A stretch of 61,866 nucleotides of DNA, the filler included, from Choristocarpus tenellus KU-1152 (Eukaryota; Protista; Phaeophyceae), in NCBI GenBank assembly GCA_964200185.2. It is 12 parts of 12 records of this genome, joined end to end, with 100 filler letters (N's around TTAATTAATTAA, not from the genome) between each part and the next. Parts side by side here need not be neighbours in the genome. Positions count along the whole stretch, not along the records: positions 45,379 to 52,100 come from CAXNAD020007485.1; positions 52,201 to 61,866 come from CAXNAD020003489.1; 10 more parts are not named here. One strand, 5' to 3'. Both the position numbers and the translations under genes were made by a program. This document shows, piece after piece, positions 51,291-61,866 of this stretch (within the stretch, counting starts at the first letter, position 1; every line of letters begins with the position of its first letter). Under the pieces are notes generated by a model, which saw only the letters and a list, made by a program, of their open reading frames with translations, ran no database searches and was not told the DNA's origin.

Positions 51291-51985
51291 TGGATTAGTG
51301 CATTGTCATCTACTTAAAAACTTCGCTACCAGTTCCTTCCTCAAGCTTGCCACCATTGGCAGCAACTCTCTCACATCATCGGTGGTGGTTTTTCATAGTC
51401 GATGGATGTAAGTGTGTTGAAGTTTAACTGAAGGCAATCACATTACTTCACTGACATGTATACCATGGTCGATAACCTTTCGTCCACTGAAGTCCCTTCA
51501 GCTCCTCAGTGTTCTGAAATTCAAGTCCAGCGTTGCAATTCGTGCTTGGTAGAGTTTGAGGTGCTTTGGTATTGCCGTTGCATTCACGTTTCCCCGTCGG
51601 TTCATACAGGGGAATAGTGTTACCTTTTTCTTGGTCATCTTGCTGGGCAACTTCACTCTGTAGGCAATTACTTTATAATGAGTACCATTCTCAAGTCAAT
51701 ACAGGTCAGGACAAGTCATTCATTCATTGGACTTAATAAAAGCTGCACATAATACCAACTGCAGGAGTTTCTTTTTCTGTTGACAGGGGCCTGGCTCATG
51801 TAGGACTCCATGATGCAGTCCTTGATGGAGATGAGAAAGTTGTGAAAGCTACACTGATCCGTTACTCAAACAAGTACCCAGAAAAGATCAATCAGCATGA
51901 TGTGAGTGAGGAATCCCACAACACGCAATGTCCTGATGTATTATGGAAGGGGGAAGAAGCATGGCACACTGTAAGACCAGTTGTA

Positions 51986-52100
51986 CAGCCAAAGTATCTT
52001 AGCGGGTAGAGCCGCGTCCATTTGGGGGTCAAAATATAATGTTGTGATTTTGACATAATTTTGGCTATCGTGTTTGTTAGGAAGTGTCCATATCTATGTT
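51986..52100 (+). mobile_element. Sola2-like MITE subfamily A, left part cut by contig end
   Basis: CAGCCAAAGTATCTTAGCGGGTAGAGCCGCGTCCATTTGGGG. Confidence 0.85.
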
Positions 52101-52200
52101 NNNNNNNNNNNNNNNNNNNNNNNNNNNNNNNNNNNNNNNNNNNNTTAATTAATTAANNNNNNNNNNNNNNNNNNNNNNNNNNNNNNNNNNNNNNNNNNNN

Positions 52201-52403
52201 GCGATTTTGATGTAATTTTGGCCATCGTATTTGTTAGGAAGGGTTCAATATCCATGTTCTGGACACAACTTTTCATAATGTATACATTTTACCTACTCCG
52301 AAACATTTTGGAGTAGGAAAATGTCATAATAACAATGATGGGAAGTCAAGCCCCAAATGGACAACCAGGGCAATATCTCGTACCCTCTAAGATACTTTCA
52401 CTC
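52201..52403 (+). mobile_element. Sola2-like MITE subfamily A, right part (a different copy from 51986)
   Basis: Ends TACCCTCTAAGATACTTTCACTC; the segment overlapping the 51986 copy differs from it. Confidence 0.85.
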
Positions 52404-53863
52404 TGCTCATAGTCAGTTGTACAGAGTTGCAAAAAAGATGAAACATGGTGTTGACATGGCGAATCAAATATGGAAAATACTAGCGTTGACAGTTACTAAA
52501 TGGAGAAGCATGAACGGCTGGAAAGGAAAAGGCTTGGAAAATAGACCTTGTTGAAGTGTTTGGAAAGTTAGTATCAAAATGTAAACTGTTGTGAAATGCA
52601 AAAATTTGGGTGTCTGAACCTTGCATTCAATACACTTTGTTAGGGTTAGGTTTGAAGGACCATCACCTAAAGTAGACAACTGTACGTACACTGACGCCCC
52701 TGAGTGGTCCGTATACACCTCATAACGCTGTGAAGGTGGTAAACCCATCATGTCTAAACTCCACCAAGATAGTAGTTGGAGACTGTGTCCAAGGTACAGT
52801 GATCCATAAAACAAAAAATACAACCCATACTTGAAGATCAAACAGAAACTAAAAAGATCTACCTCAGCTCATCAGCATATTTGAAGTTGCACTTGTCGCC
52901 ATTCTCCCACCAGTCTACGAGTTTGGGATAAGCCTTAGTTAGTCTATGCCATGGGTTCATGGTTGTGGAATACCTCTCATTCCACACCTCTGCCTTCACC
53001 AAGCTGAGGAATATGGCCTTTTCATGGAGGCTTCGACATCCTCTACTCGGACTGTCCACCTCACTTTTCCAACACCACCACTCAACGCATCCAGGATACC
53101 CTCGTGGACATAACAGTAGCCCTGGACATTTTTTTTTGCCACTTTCCCAGCCTTCATCTCCCTAAACCCATGATCATGTATGACCTATCAGAGGACGTGA
53201 GTTTGCACACGGTAGTGCAGGAGTTGTCGATTTTTTGGCTGAGGGTAGGAGCTCCGATACACAAGCCTCCATGAAGTCTTCCATTATGCCAATGTCAACG
53301 TCCATTTGCGGTATGGGGCATATATCATCACCAGATGCAGAATTGTCTCACTCTCCATGTTCGTCCTGTATTGTGTCACTCACTCCATTAGTAACAGGTG
53401 CCACTCCCTGATCCATCCTCTTCTCTGCCATGTCTATGCCGGTGTTGCTGTTTTCACAAACAGAAGCAAAAGGATTTGTATGAACCGCCAATGGGGATCC
53501 TTCACATCCATCCTTTCCACAAACCACCTTGCTTCGTACGGCCTGTCCCACATCTGTTGTTGGGTCGGTCTCCATGATTTTTTCCCTCTTCGCTGAAGAC
53601 TTTCCCTTGCCACAGGAAATGGTTTCCAGACAACCCTAGCACTCAGTCCATCCTCGTTAGAACTGTCAATCTCCCTTACCCTTTTGCCCGGAAGGTCGCC
53701 ATCTACGGACTTGTCCACACTTGTGTCTACCGTGTCAACGATTGGAAACTTCCTCGAATCCTTCGTCCCACGCATAGACCCAGAGAGCGTGCGAGGCATT
53801 TCCTGTATGACAGCATTATCAGATTGTTCGGAAGAGTCCAAAATACTTCCAATGGATCGGTTG

Positions 53864-54136
53864 GAGTGAAAGTATCTTAGAGGGTACGAGATATTGCCCT
53901 GGTTGTCCATTGGGGCTTGACTTCCCATAGTTGTTATTATGACATTTTCCTACTCCAAAATTCCTACTCCAAAATGTTTCGGAGTAGGTAAAATGTATAC
54001 ATTATGAAAAGGTGTGTCCAGAACATGGATATTGGACACTTCCAAACAAATACGATGGCCAAAATTACATCAAAATCGCAGCATTGGATTTTGACCCCAA
54101 ATGGACGTGGCTCTACCCTCCAAGATACTTTGGTTC
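53864..54136 (-). mobile_element. Sola2-like MITE subfamily A with a 14-bp internal duplication
   Basis: Both TIRs present; flanks GTTG/ATTG; TTCCTACTCCAAAA is duplicated. Confidence 0.9.
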
Positions 54137-56134
54137 ATTGCCGTAGTGAGGAGAGTTGTCTTCTGATCAAGCAGTTGCCAGGCCCCCATTAGAGGTGCTC
54201 CTCCTCCTCCTGACTTTATGGATCCTTCTGCCTCCCCGGGGTATCACCTCATCCCGATCCCTGCCCATGTGCAAGTTGTCATTGAGGTTTCGCGGCTGTC
54301 GCTGTCTCCCAAGTCCACAGCATCCCCTGGATTGCTACCCCGGCTAGCAGCGTCATCGGTGCAATGTACTATCCCCTCATATTCTATGGGGAGAAGTGTT
54401 GGCATCTCCTCTTCCCCTTTATACACTCTCGGTGTCAAGTCCTTCACTACCAACAGGTCTCGATGTGCTACCCTCCACAGGTGTCTTGGAGGATGTAAGG
54501 ATGGAGAACTTGGAGAGGTTCTGGAGAAGGAATTGCAGTTGCTCTCAGTCGTGGCTACTGCCCAGAATGGTGCATGTGATCACCATGCCTCCTGGCTGGG
54601 TTGCCAGGTTTGCTATCGCGTTTTTGTGCGACACACTAGTTTTGTCGAGTACCTCCTTGACATCACAATCTGCTGTCGCATTACCATCCAGTGTAATAAT
54701 TGATGTGAGTTACATGGTCCAACTCTGCAACAGTGGAGAAGAATTATTTGTGAAGTATACATATTTTACTTTGAGATGACATTATTGTTGCTTGCCTTCA
54801 TCATTAGTGCCCACATTTAGGGCAACACCCTTGAGATTTGACAATGTTGAGGAACAGGTCACCCTTTTCAACACCCCGCAACACAAGATCCTTTTTCACC
54901 TTCCAATTAGCAGGGGTTGGGCAAATGTTTTAGGTCAAAAAGGGACTGTTGAGTTTGAGAAGGATTACGAATGGCAATACAAACGAGAGATGGGAGAACA
55001 AACCTCACACTCCCCCAGGTGCCTGTTCAGACAGGATGTACAGTTTCTTTGGGTTCTCAGCACCAGTTGTTCCGTTTGAAGAATCTCTCGCATGAGGGTT
55101 GATCCCAAGCTCGTCTTTCCTCTGACCTCGTTCAGGATCTGCAATGCGACCTCAAGGGCAGCCCCCTTGGCGAGCACATTCTTGAGGTGCATTCTCCTCG
55201 CATACACCACATGGAGTTTGTCCGTGTCCAATGGCAGATCCTTCTCTATCTGGACTGCTGACTTGAACTTTGGATCGCTTTTCTTCGTCTTGTTCTTTTT
55301 CCCCTTTCCTCGTCTCCTCTTTGGTTATCTCCGTCTGTATCAGTCTGGGGACGCTTGTTCCTGACTCCCTCGAGAGTCTTGGAGAACTGCAATGGAGTAC
55401 ATCATTGGTGCCTGTCTCACCTGGACAAACTTCGGACAATAGATTGTGTAGCAACCGCATTGGTCCAATTCACATGCATTTATACAAGAGAAAAATATTT
55501 CAACCAAAGCCGGACATACCCATTCCGCTGGGAAGGTCTCTGTCCCGACTACATAATAGAGAGAAAACGTATCTGACATGAGTTCCTTAGCAGCCTTGTC
55601 AGAGAAAATATGGGCAACAATCTCAACAATGTCGCTCCACTCATGCTGCTGAGGAGTCTGGCCTCTTAGGAGACTGAGTCCTTGTCCAGCCAAGAAATCC
55701 GTGCACATACTCACAAAGTGCTGCATCCTCACCTCCTTTACAACCTACACACGCAGAGAAATGAACATATGTCATTGACAACCGGGAAGAGTACGTGGCA
55801 TTACAATTGGATTGAATCATTGTTAGGAAGTACAGATGTCACATAGCATAACGACACGTACACATCTGCACAGTCATCAAGTAATATAGCGATATACAGC
55901 CCACCTGCATCCTGTGTGTGTGGGTGAATCCACCACTGTTCCTGAGGGAGTCTATCGCCACATCCTGGTTACCATGCCAAAGCACGGTGAACAAATGCAT
56001 CGCCTTGATGTCAAACTTGACCTACACCGAGATATGTATAGCATGCAATAGAGAGGGTGACAGGATCGGTGTAGGGGAACAAGGGAATGTAAGGAGAGAT
56101 GTTGGATACTTTCAGATCGCAAATAACATTGTGT

Positions 56135-56394
56135 GAGTGAAAGTATCTTAGAGGGTACGAGATATTGCCCTGGTTGTCCATTTGGGGCTTGACTTCCCAT
56201 AGTTGTTATTATGACATTTTCCTACTCCAAAATTTTTCAGAGTAGGTAAAATGTATACATTATGAAAAGGTGTGTCCAGAACATGGATATTGACACTTCC
56301 TAACAAATACGATGGCCAAAATTACATCAAAATCGCAACATTGGATTTTGGCCCCCAAATGGACGTGGCTCTACCCTCTAAGATACTTTGGCTC
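56135..56394 (-). mobile_element. Sola2-like MITE subfamily A
   Basis: GAGTGAAAGTATCTTAGAGGGTA...TACCCTCTAAGATACTTTGGCTC; flanks share TGT (3 bp). Confidence 0.9.
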
Positions 56395-57850
56395 TGTGAT
56401 ACAAGGTACGAACCGGACGTCTAAGATTTAGATGGTTATATACTGCGTGAGTGAGGTATTGTTCAACAACCTCGATTAGAGACATTTGATTGTCAAGTAT
56501 GGGCAAAGTGGTAATACATTTACACTGGAACTGCCACACCTGTTGTGCTCTCTCAATAAGCCGAGTAGAACAGTCTCAAACTCATTTGTTTCTTGTCGAA
56601 GGAAGTGAGGTCAACGGAAGGGGGAGAGTGGTTAGTCATTGACGCCAAAGGTCTTTTAATCAACACTTGTATAACAAAAAAACGTAACGATTCCCAATGA
56701 CCACAAGAAATACTTCCTCGAAAAAGAGTCGGCTAAACCCTACCTTCATCCACACATATCAGACAAGGTTGAGCTATGGAGTTGAGCTGCGGTGTGGTCT
56801 GTGACATTCATGATACCGGACTCCAAATTTGTGTCCTCCCATGCCTCCTTGAGGAATGCCTTCATCTTAGCGGCAACCGTCTTCCTGATGTCCACCAGGA
56901 ACGCAGGCTTTTCGTCCTGGAAGTCAATGTCCTCAAGACAATACTGGTGGCACTGACTCACCAGCAACCTCCTGCTCCCAAAGCACACGTTATTGTCTCT
57001 TGACTCTAGCACATGGTTGGGCCCAGTAACAAGTGAAATCTCTCCTGTACTCCACCATCGCCCGCACCCACGAAACCATCCTTTTGAAAATATCTAGCAC
57101 AATCGGGACGTGTGATTTGCTGGCTACAATGCTCTCTCTGATGAAAATTGATTCTGCCTTCTCGCGGTTGCACTGTGGAAATATTTTCCACATGAACCTC
57201 CGATCCTTATTCCTCTGCAGGATGCTTCCAACATCCGACACCTATCGCATTGTGACATGGTCAGGGAGCTCGTTACTGCAAGGAATAATTGTCTCCTTCG
57301 CCATACACATGATAACCCTCAGGAGCATAATCCAATGCCGTCCATTTAGGCAGTACAACATGTTGTCAACTTCGGTCATATCCCTTTTGTTGCCGTCGTG
57401 GTCAACTCCGCTGAAGCCCTTGCTGATGTAGTGTACAAATAGCTCACTCTTGATCAGATCAGAAGAAACTTTGCAGTTCTTCATTGATACCATAAAGTCC
57501 TTGTGGGTCTTCCAACGGGAGCACAATGAGAAAGGCTGCCCACTCAGAATTGCCGTGAGCTTGTCCGCCGCCTCCTGTGGATCTCTGCTCAGGCTTCTGA
57601 ACATGGACGCAACTCAATGCTGGTCAAGGAGGTTGGCATTAAACTCTTGTGACATGAAGGCCGAGGTCGCAAGGTTGATGGTATGTGTTGCGCTCAAGGT
57701 TGTGGTTAAAATCTCTGTCGTCTTTTCCCGACACACTTACTGGCGGTTTCGGCTGCTTCTCTGTAGTGTTACAGGGGCGTGAACAATGGGTGCAATAAAT
57801 ACAAAGGAGATGTATGAAGGGATGAGTACAGTTGATTAATGACATATCAA

Positions 57851-58058
57851 GGGAAGGCACAAATTTAATTCCTAGTGTCCTATGACACTAGGCATTAAAT
57901 TTAAATGGATTAGGGTTAAGGGATATATCAAGTGAATGCCCAATTTAAATATAGGATATAGGAATCATTTTTGAATGAGTGAGGGTTAAGAGATGTTTCG
58001 AGGGAAAGCACAAATCTGATGTCTAATGTCCTATGACCCTAGGCATCAATTTAAATGT
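57851..58058. repeat. Duplicated ~57-bp palindromic cassette
   Basis: AATTTAATTCCTAGTGTC-CTAT-GACACTAGGCATTAAATT at 57862-57901 and a diverged copy at ~58001-58058. Confidence 0.75.
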
Positions 58059-58773
58059 ATGCCATCCATGTTTCTTAACACAAGATGCGGGAACAATGTG
58101 GTCATGACACACAACGTAGTCGGTGTTGGGTTACGGTGCATTACAAAAGTTGTCGGATATCAGCGAGTATGTTTGGAGGGTTCGATATGTGCATCAACAG
58201 TGATGGTTCTTACGTTTGAGCTCTTCGAATTTGATCATACTTCAACATGCTTAGTCGAACCCTTTCTCAATTTTGGATCAGATTGCGGGATACCCTTGAA
58301 ACATATCAGAATATTCAGTTCATGATACTCTCAGGTGTGGTGGAATAACAGAAACGGTTGTTATTGTTGTGACATTAGCATGGTGTATTGGCTGTTCAAA
58401 AATACTGCCAAGCGTATCTCTGTATCAGGATTGGATTTACTATTTGTCAATGTATACATGATTTTGTACAAATCTCATGTAAAAGTAGTGGACTTCGACA
58501 GCAGAGGTTGGATTATTGCTCATTGGGGGGAGATGGAGGGCGTGTTTGACGTTTTAGAGGGTAGAATATGGAGGTATCAAATAGTTTGTGCGGTGGTCCA
58601 ACAGCAGGAAAGAGGGACAAGAAAAATCCAAGACACTTCAATTTCTGATGGTAGCCTTTACCCCCCTTCATTTCTTGGTGAGGTAGAATACACATGCAAG
58701 GGACACGATGGTGGGACAACAATTGATGACTGGATTTTAACCAGTTTAAATATGAACACATATTGTACATGAT

Positions 58774-59032
58774 GAGTCAAGGTATCTTAGAGGGTAGAGC
58801 CACGTCCATTTGGGGCCAAAATCCAATGTTGTGATTTTCATGTAATTTTGGCTATCGTGTATGTTAAGGAAGTGTCAATATCATTGTTATGTATATATAA
58901 ATGATACCTACTCTAAAACAGTACACATTTTTCCTGCTCAGAGTAGGGAAATGTCATAAAAAAGCCCATGGGAAGCCAAGCCCCGAACGGACAAACAGGG
59001 TAAAACTCGTATCCTCTAATATACTTTCACTC
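58774..59032 (+). mobile_element. Sola2-like MITE subfamily A, TSD TGAT
   Basis: TGAT|GAGTCAAGGTATCTTAGAGGGTA...ATACTTTCACTC|TGAT. Confidence 0.9.
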
Positions 59033-59259
59033 TGATGTTAAAGGGTATGCCTATGTAGGCGATGAGCATCTGCTGAAGGATGGATGGATACATGGCGATA
59101 GCGCTCGACACTATGCATGTGCATAGTTTTGGATTGATGATTGCATTTGTCTTGTGGAATCACTCCTACCCATCACATCGTGACAAAATAAGGGGTATCA
59201 AAAGGATCATTGCCAGTTGTCGTAGAGCTGTGTAGTACAGTAAGATGTGGGATCAGAAC

Positions 59260-60205
59260 TTGATAAGAAGGTGTGATACTTGTACATGTTTCTGTGGGTG
59301 AAAAAAATCCCAAATGATATGGAGCAGGAGAGGGGAGGGCGGGACATATCATAGTCAAATTTGCTAGTAACATGATAAAAAAAAAACGGTTAAATATATC
59401 CATTAGTGGGAGAAAATTTGTGTCCTCATGCTTGGGTGACCATCTTCAGTACTAGGGTGTCCACTTGTTGGTTGGGCTGAGTGGGGGGCAATTTTGATAA
59501 CAAGGTCTGACACTTGCACGTTTTTCTGTGGGTGAAAAAAATCTCGATTGATAGGGGGCAGGAGAGGGGAGGACGGGATATGTCGTAGTCCAATTTGCTA
59601 GTAACATGATCAACGAAAAAACGGTTAAATATATCCAATATTGGGAGGAAATTTGTGTCCTCATGCTTGGGTGACCATCTTCAGTACTAGTGTGTCCACG
59701 TGTTGGTGGAGCTGAAGTAAGGGGCAATTTCGATAACAAGGTGTGACACTTACACATGTTTCTGTGGGTGAAAAAAATCCCGATTGATAGGGGGGACAGG
59801 AGAGGGGAGGACAGGACATGTCATAGTCAGATTTGCTAGTAACATGATCAACGAATAAAGGGTTAAATATATCCAATAGTGGGAAGAAATTTGTATCCTC
59901 ATGCTTGGTTGGCCATCTTCAGTTCTAGGGTGTCCATGTGTTAGTGGGACTGAGGTGGGGGGCAATTTCGATAACAAGGTGTGACTCTTGTACGAGTTTA
60001 CGTGGGTGAGAAAAATCCCGATTGATAGGTGGCAGGAGAGAGGAGGGCGGGACATGCGGTAGCCGGATTTTCTAGGAACATGATCAACAAATAAAGGGTT
60101 GAATATATCCAATAGCGGGAGGAAATTTTTGTCCTCGTGCCTGGGTGACCATAATCAGTTCTAGGGTATCCGCGTTTTGGTGGGGCTGAAGTGGTTGGCA
60201 AATTC
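59260..60205. repeat. ~236-bp tandem array, 4 diverged units
   Basis: A GATAA(C/G)AAGGT anchor occurs at ~59262, 59496, 59732 and 59970. Confidence 0.92.
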
Positions 60206-61815
60206 AAACAGTTCTTGTGATAAAAATGTGTAGAAGAACGTGGTGGTAAGGATACAGCTGATAGAGCTTGGCGGAGCGTTTGTTTTTTTTGTGTATGTGT
60301 ACGAATGGGTGTTCCTTGTAAAAGCATTTTTACAATGTACTTCGGTGTGTTTGTGTGGGTCGGACTGAATTGTGCACGTGTCGTTGTGCCAAGATGGTAG
60401 GATGCGCAATGTTCGTGTCAATGCTGGAAGGAGTGTGTATACAACGGTGTCAAATGGTTAGATCTATGTGGGGTGGTGTTATGCACACATGTTGTGGCCT
60501 GCATAATTTGCGAGTACTATATAGTCACAAGACGGCATCTACTGCTCATCTGTTTGAGAGAGAGACGCATTGAAACGACATTATCTGAATACATTCTACA
60601 TCATAGAAGGATGCTATACAGGGAGGAGTCGGCGTAGAGTGCGAGTGTGACCTAGTACATGCGATAGGAGAAGGGTTAGGTGGAGGTCTGTGACTACAGG
60701 GTTACACACTGATTGGGTACTTGATGGCATGCACTTGTTCCTACAAGCTACGCGAGGGGGGTTGATCACGCAACATTCGTCATAGGCGATGTCCGGTGAG
60801 AGTAGTGACAGGATTCGTCTTGTATGCGTGCTCATGAATAATCCGGACAGAGGGTTTACATTTATTCTGTAAAACTCACCTCCTGCTTCCCTTCAAAGGC
60901 ATGGTGATGAACGGTAGTTAGCCAGCGATGACTTGATAGGGTGGGCACATCGCAAAGCAGACAGGGGGAACCGATAGAAGGGGAGAGCACACATTTTGTG
61001 CTTCGGATTAGTCCAGAGGCCAGGGACGGCGGCAGTGGGGTCAGATCCTTCTGGAAAGGTACGTACCTGGTGTCCCTTCACGAAGGAAGTGCAGTTGTAT
61101 TGATTTCTTCTAACAAAATAACAGTACATATTATAGGAAGCACAAGAACAGTCCATTCCTATCACACATACAACCATATTATTTGTAGCATTATATTTCT
61201 TGGTATATCAAAACCCTGTTGAGCGTTTCAGATTTAAAAGTTGAAATTTTACGTCTATGTAGTTCTAAAAGTGTAAACGTGTATGATTAGTATCGATTTT
61301 GTCCCATCAGTCACTATGAAAAAACAAAAGTGAAAGTTTATTTGAAGTAATCTGAGTTTTGTGGGAGGAAGAATTCTGGTTGACGGGGAGCACAGGACAA
61401 GGGAAGGTAGTGGAAAGAAAAAGAAGGAAGCAGGAAGAGAACGAATAGTTGAGGATGACTGGCTAAGGGGAAGGAGTGTTCAGTATGTGATAAGAGGGCT
61501 GAGAACCAGGGGTACGGGACGAGGAGGGTGAGACCAAGACAACCTCCGAGCAAGCTCTCCCACCCACCCACCCTGTTGCTTGCTCACGACCGACAGGAAC
61601 ACTGAGTAAGGGAGGGGGGGGGTCAAGTTCCGGCGGGGTAGATGTCTTCTAGCTCAAAGTCATGGTTTGAAGTGGATCATGAAGGGGTGTTCTTGGATGA
61701 TTGTGGAGTGGTGTTGAGTGGTGAGGAAACTGCTGTGGGGTTGAGGGGAGTGGTAACTTGTGTAGGCCATTTTGTTGCCTTGTGCAAAAGTGTTGTAAGC
61801 ATCAAATGTTTGGAT

Positions 61816-61845
61816 TAGGGTTAGGGTTAGGGTTAGGGTTAGGGC
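61816..61845 (+). repeat. (TTAGGG)n telomere-type tract, interstitial
   Basis: Five hexamers followed by unique sequence; similar short tracts at 66-86, 18733-18757, 19540-19560 and 20002-20021. Confidence 0.85.
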
Positions 61846-61866
61846 TAGTCTTCTTGAGGCTCTTGT

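Larger units (their letters stand above)
52860..57780 (-). pseudogene. Large spliced orphan pseudogene (or genes) with premature stops, frameshifts and two MITE insertions
   Basis: Consecutive minus-strand ORFs run on across single stops or frameshifts (57604-57242, 57241-56990, 57012-56746); clean GT-AG exon 56021-55905; acceptor at 55744; Cys clusters; LYCLNGRHWI motif. Confidence 0.6.

Noticed and set aside
3573-52200. Recurring TTAATTAATTAA palindrome between N runs as a biological repeat
   Set aside because: Fixed 44N+12+44N format with six-frame stops; it is an assembly linker.
5423-56200. Recurring MGSQAP... ORFs (5423, 53928, 56200)
   Set aside because: They start inside MITE ends and run into unrelated flanks; they are not transposase.
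50903-59032. Repeats separating coding segments read as an integron, CRISPR or shufflon-like cassette array
   Set aside because: The repeats have TIRs and individual TSDs, occur in both orientations, and interrupt exons, introns and a Gypsy ORF, so they are independent insertions.
59173-60327. Repeated MDIFN... ORFs as a tandem peptide gene family
   Set aside because: Frames differ between units and indels are not in multiples of three; they are by-products of the 236-bp repeat.
61816-61866. True chromosome end
   Set aside because: Only five hexamers, followed by non-telomeric sequence; similar tracts are scattered internally.

Overview
This is eukaryotic, intron-rich DNA. The window is not one locus: 12 short contigs are joined by artificial 100-nt linkers (N44-TTAATTAATTAA-N44), so adjacency across a linker means nothing. 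Dispersed TTAGGG hexamers, the intron style and the retroelement motifs suggest a brown-algal/ochrophyte stramenopile (inference). I rebuilt spliced, phase-consistent gene fragments by hand: DUF2009/UPF0652, MMS19 (3' part), near-complete PEX7, a Rad50/SbcC-like zinc-hook coiled coil, an ankyrin-HECT (HACE1-like) ligase, a family-1 UDP-glycosyltransferase and three uncharacterised proteins. The dominant accessory feature is a dense family (~19 copies or ends) of non-autonomous DNA transposons with termini G(A/G)NNNAAAGTATCT, mostly 4-bp TSDs and shared subterminal motifs, most consistent with Sola2-like MITEs. Other accessory features are a Ty3/Gypsy relic ending in a Tudor-like domain, LINE relics, a ~695-bp foldback element and tandem arrays. 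About 14 kb (47-61 kb, on two contigs) holds decayed, partly spliced orphan genes with weak ParB/DUF3723-like and JmjC-like motifs that may be cargo of a large undescribed mobile element. PEX7 appears to need a non-canonical GA-AG intron. Family assignments are motif recognition from memory; no database searches were run.
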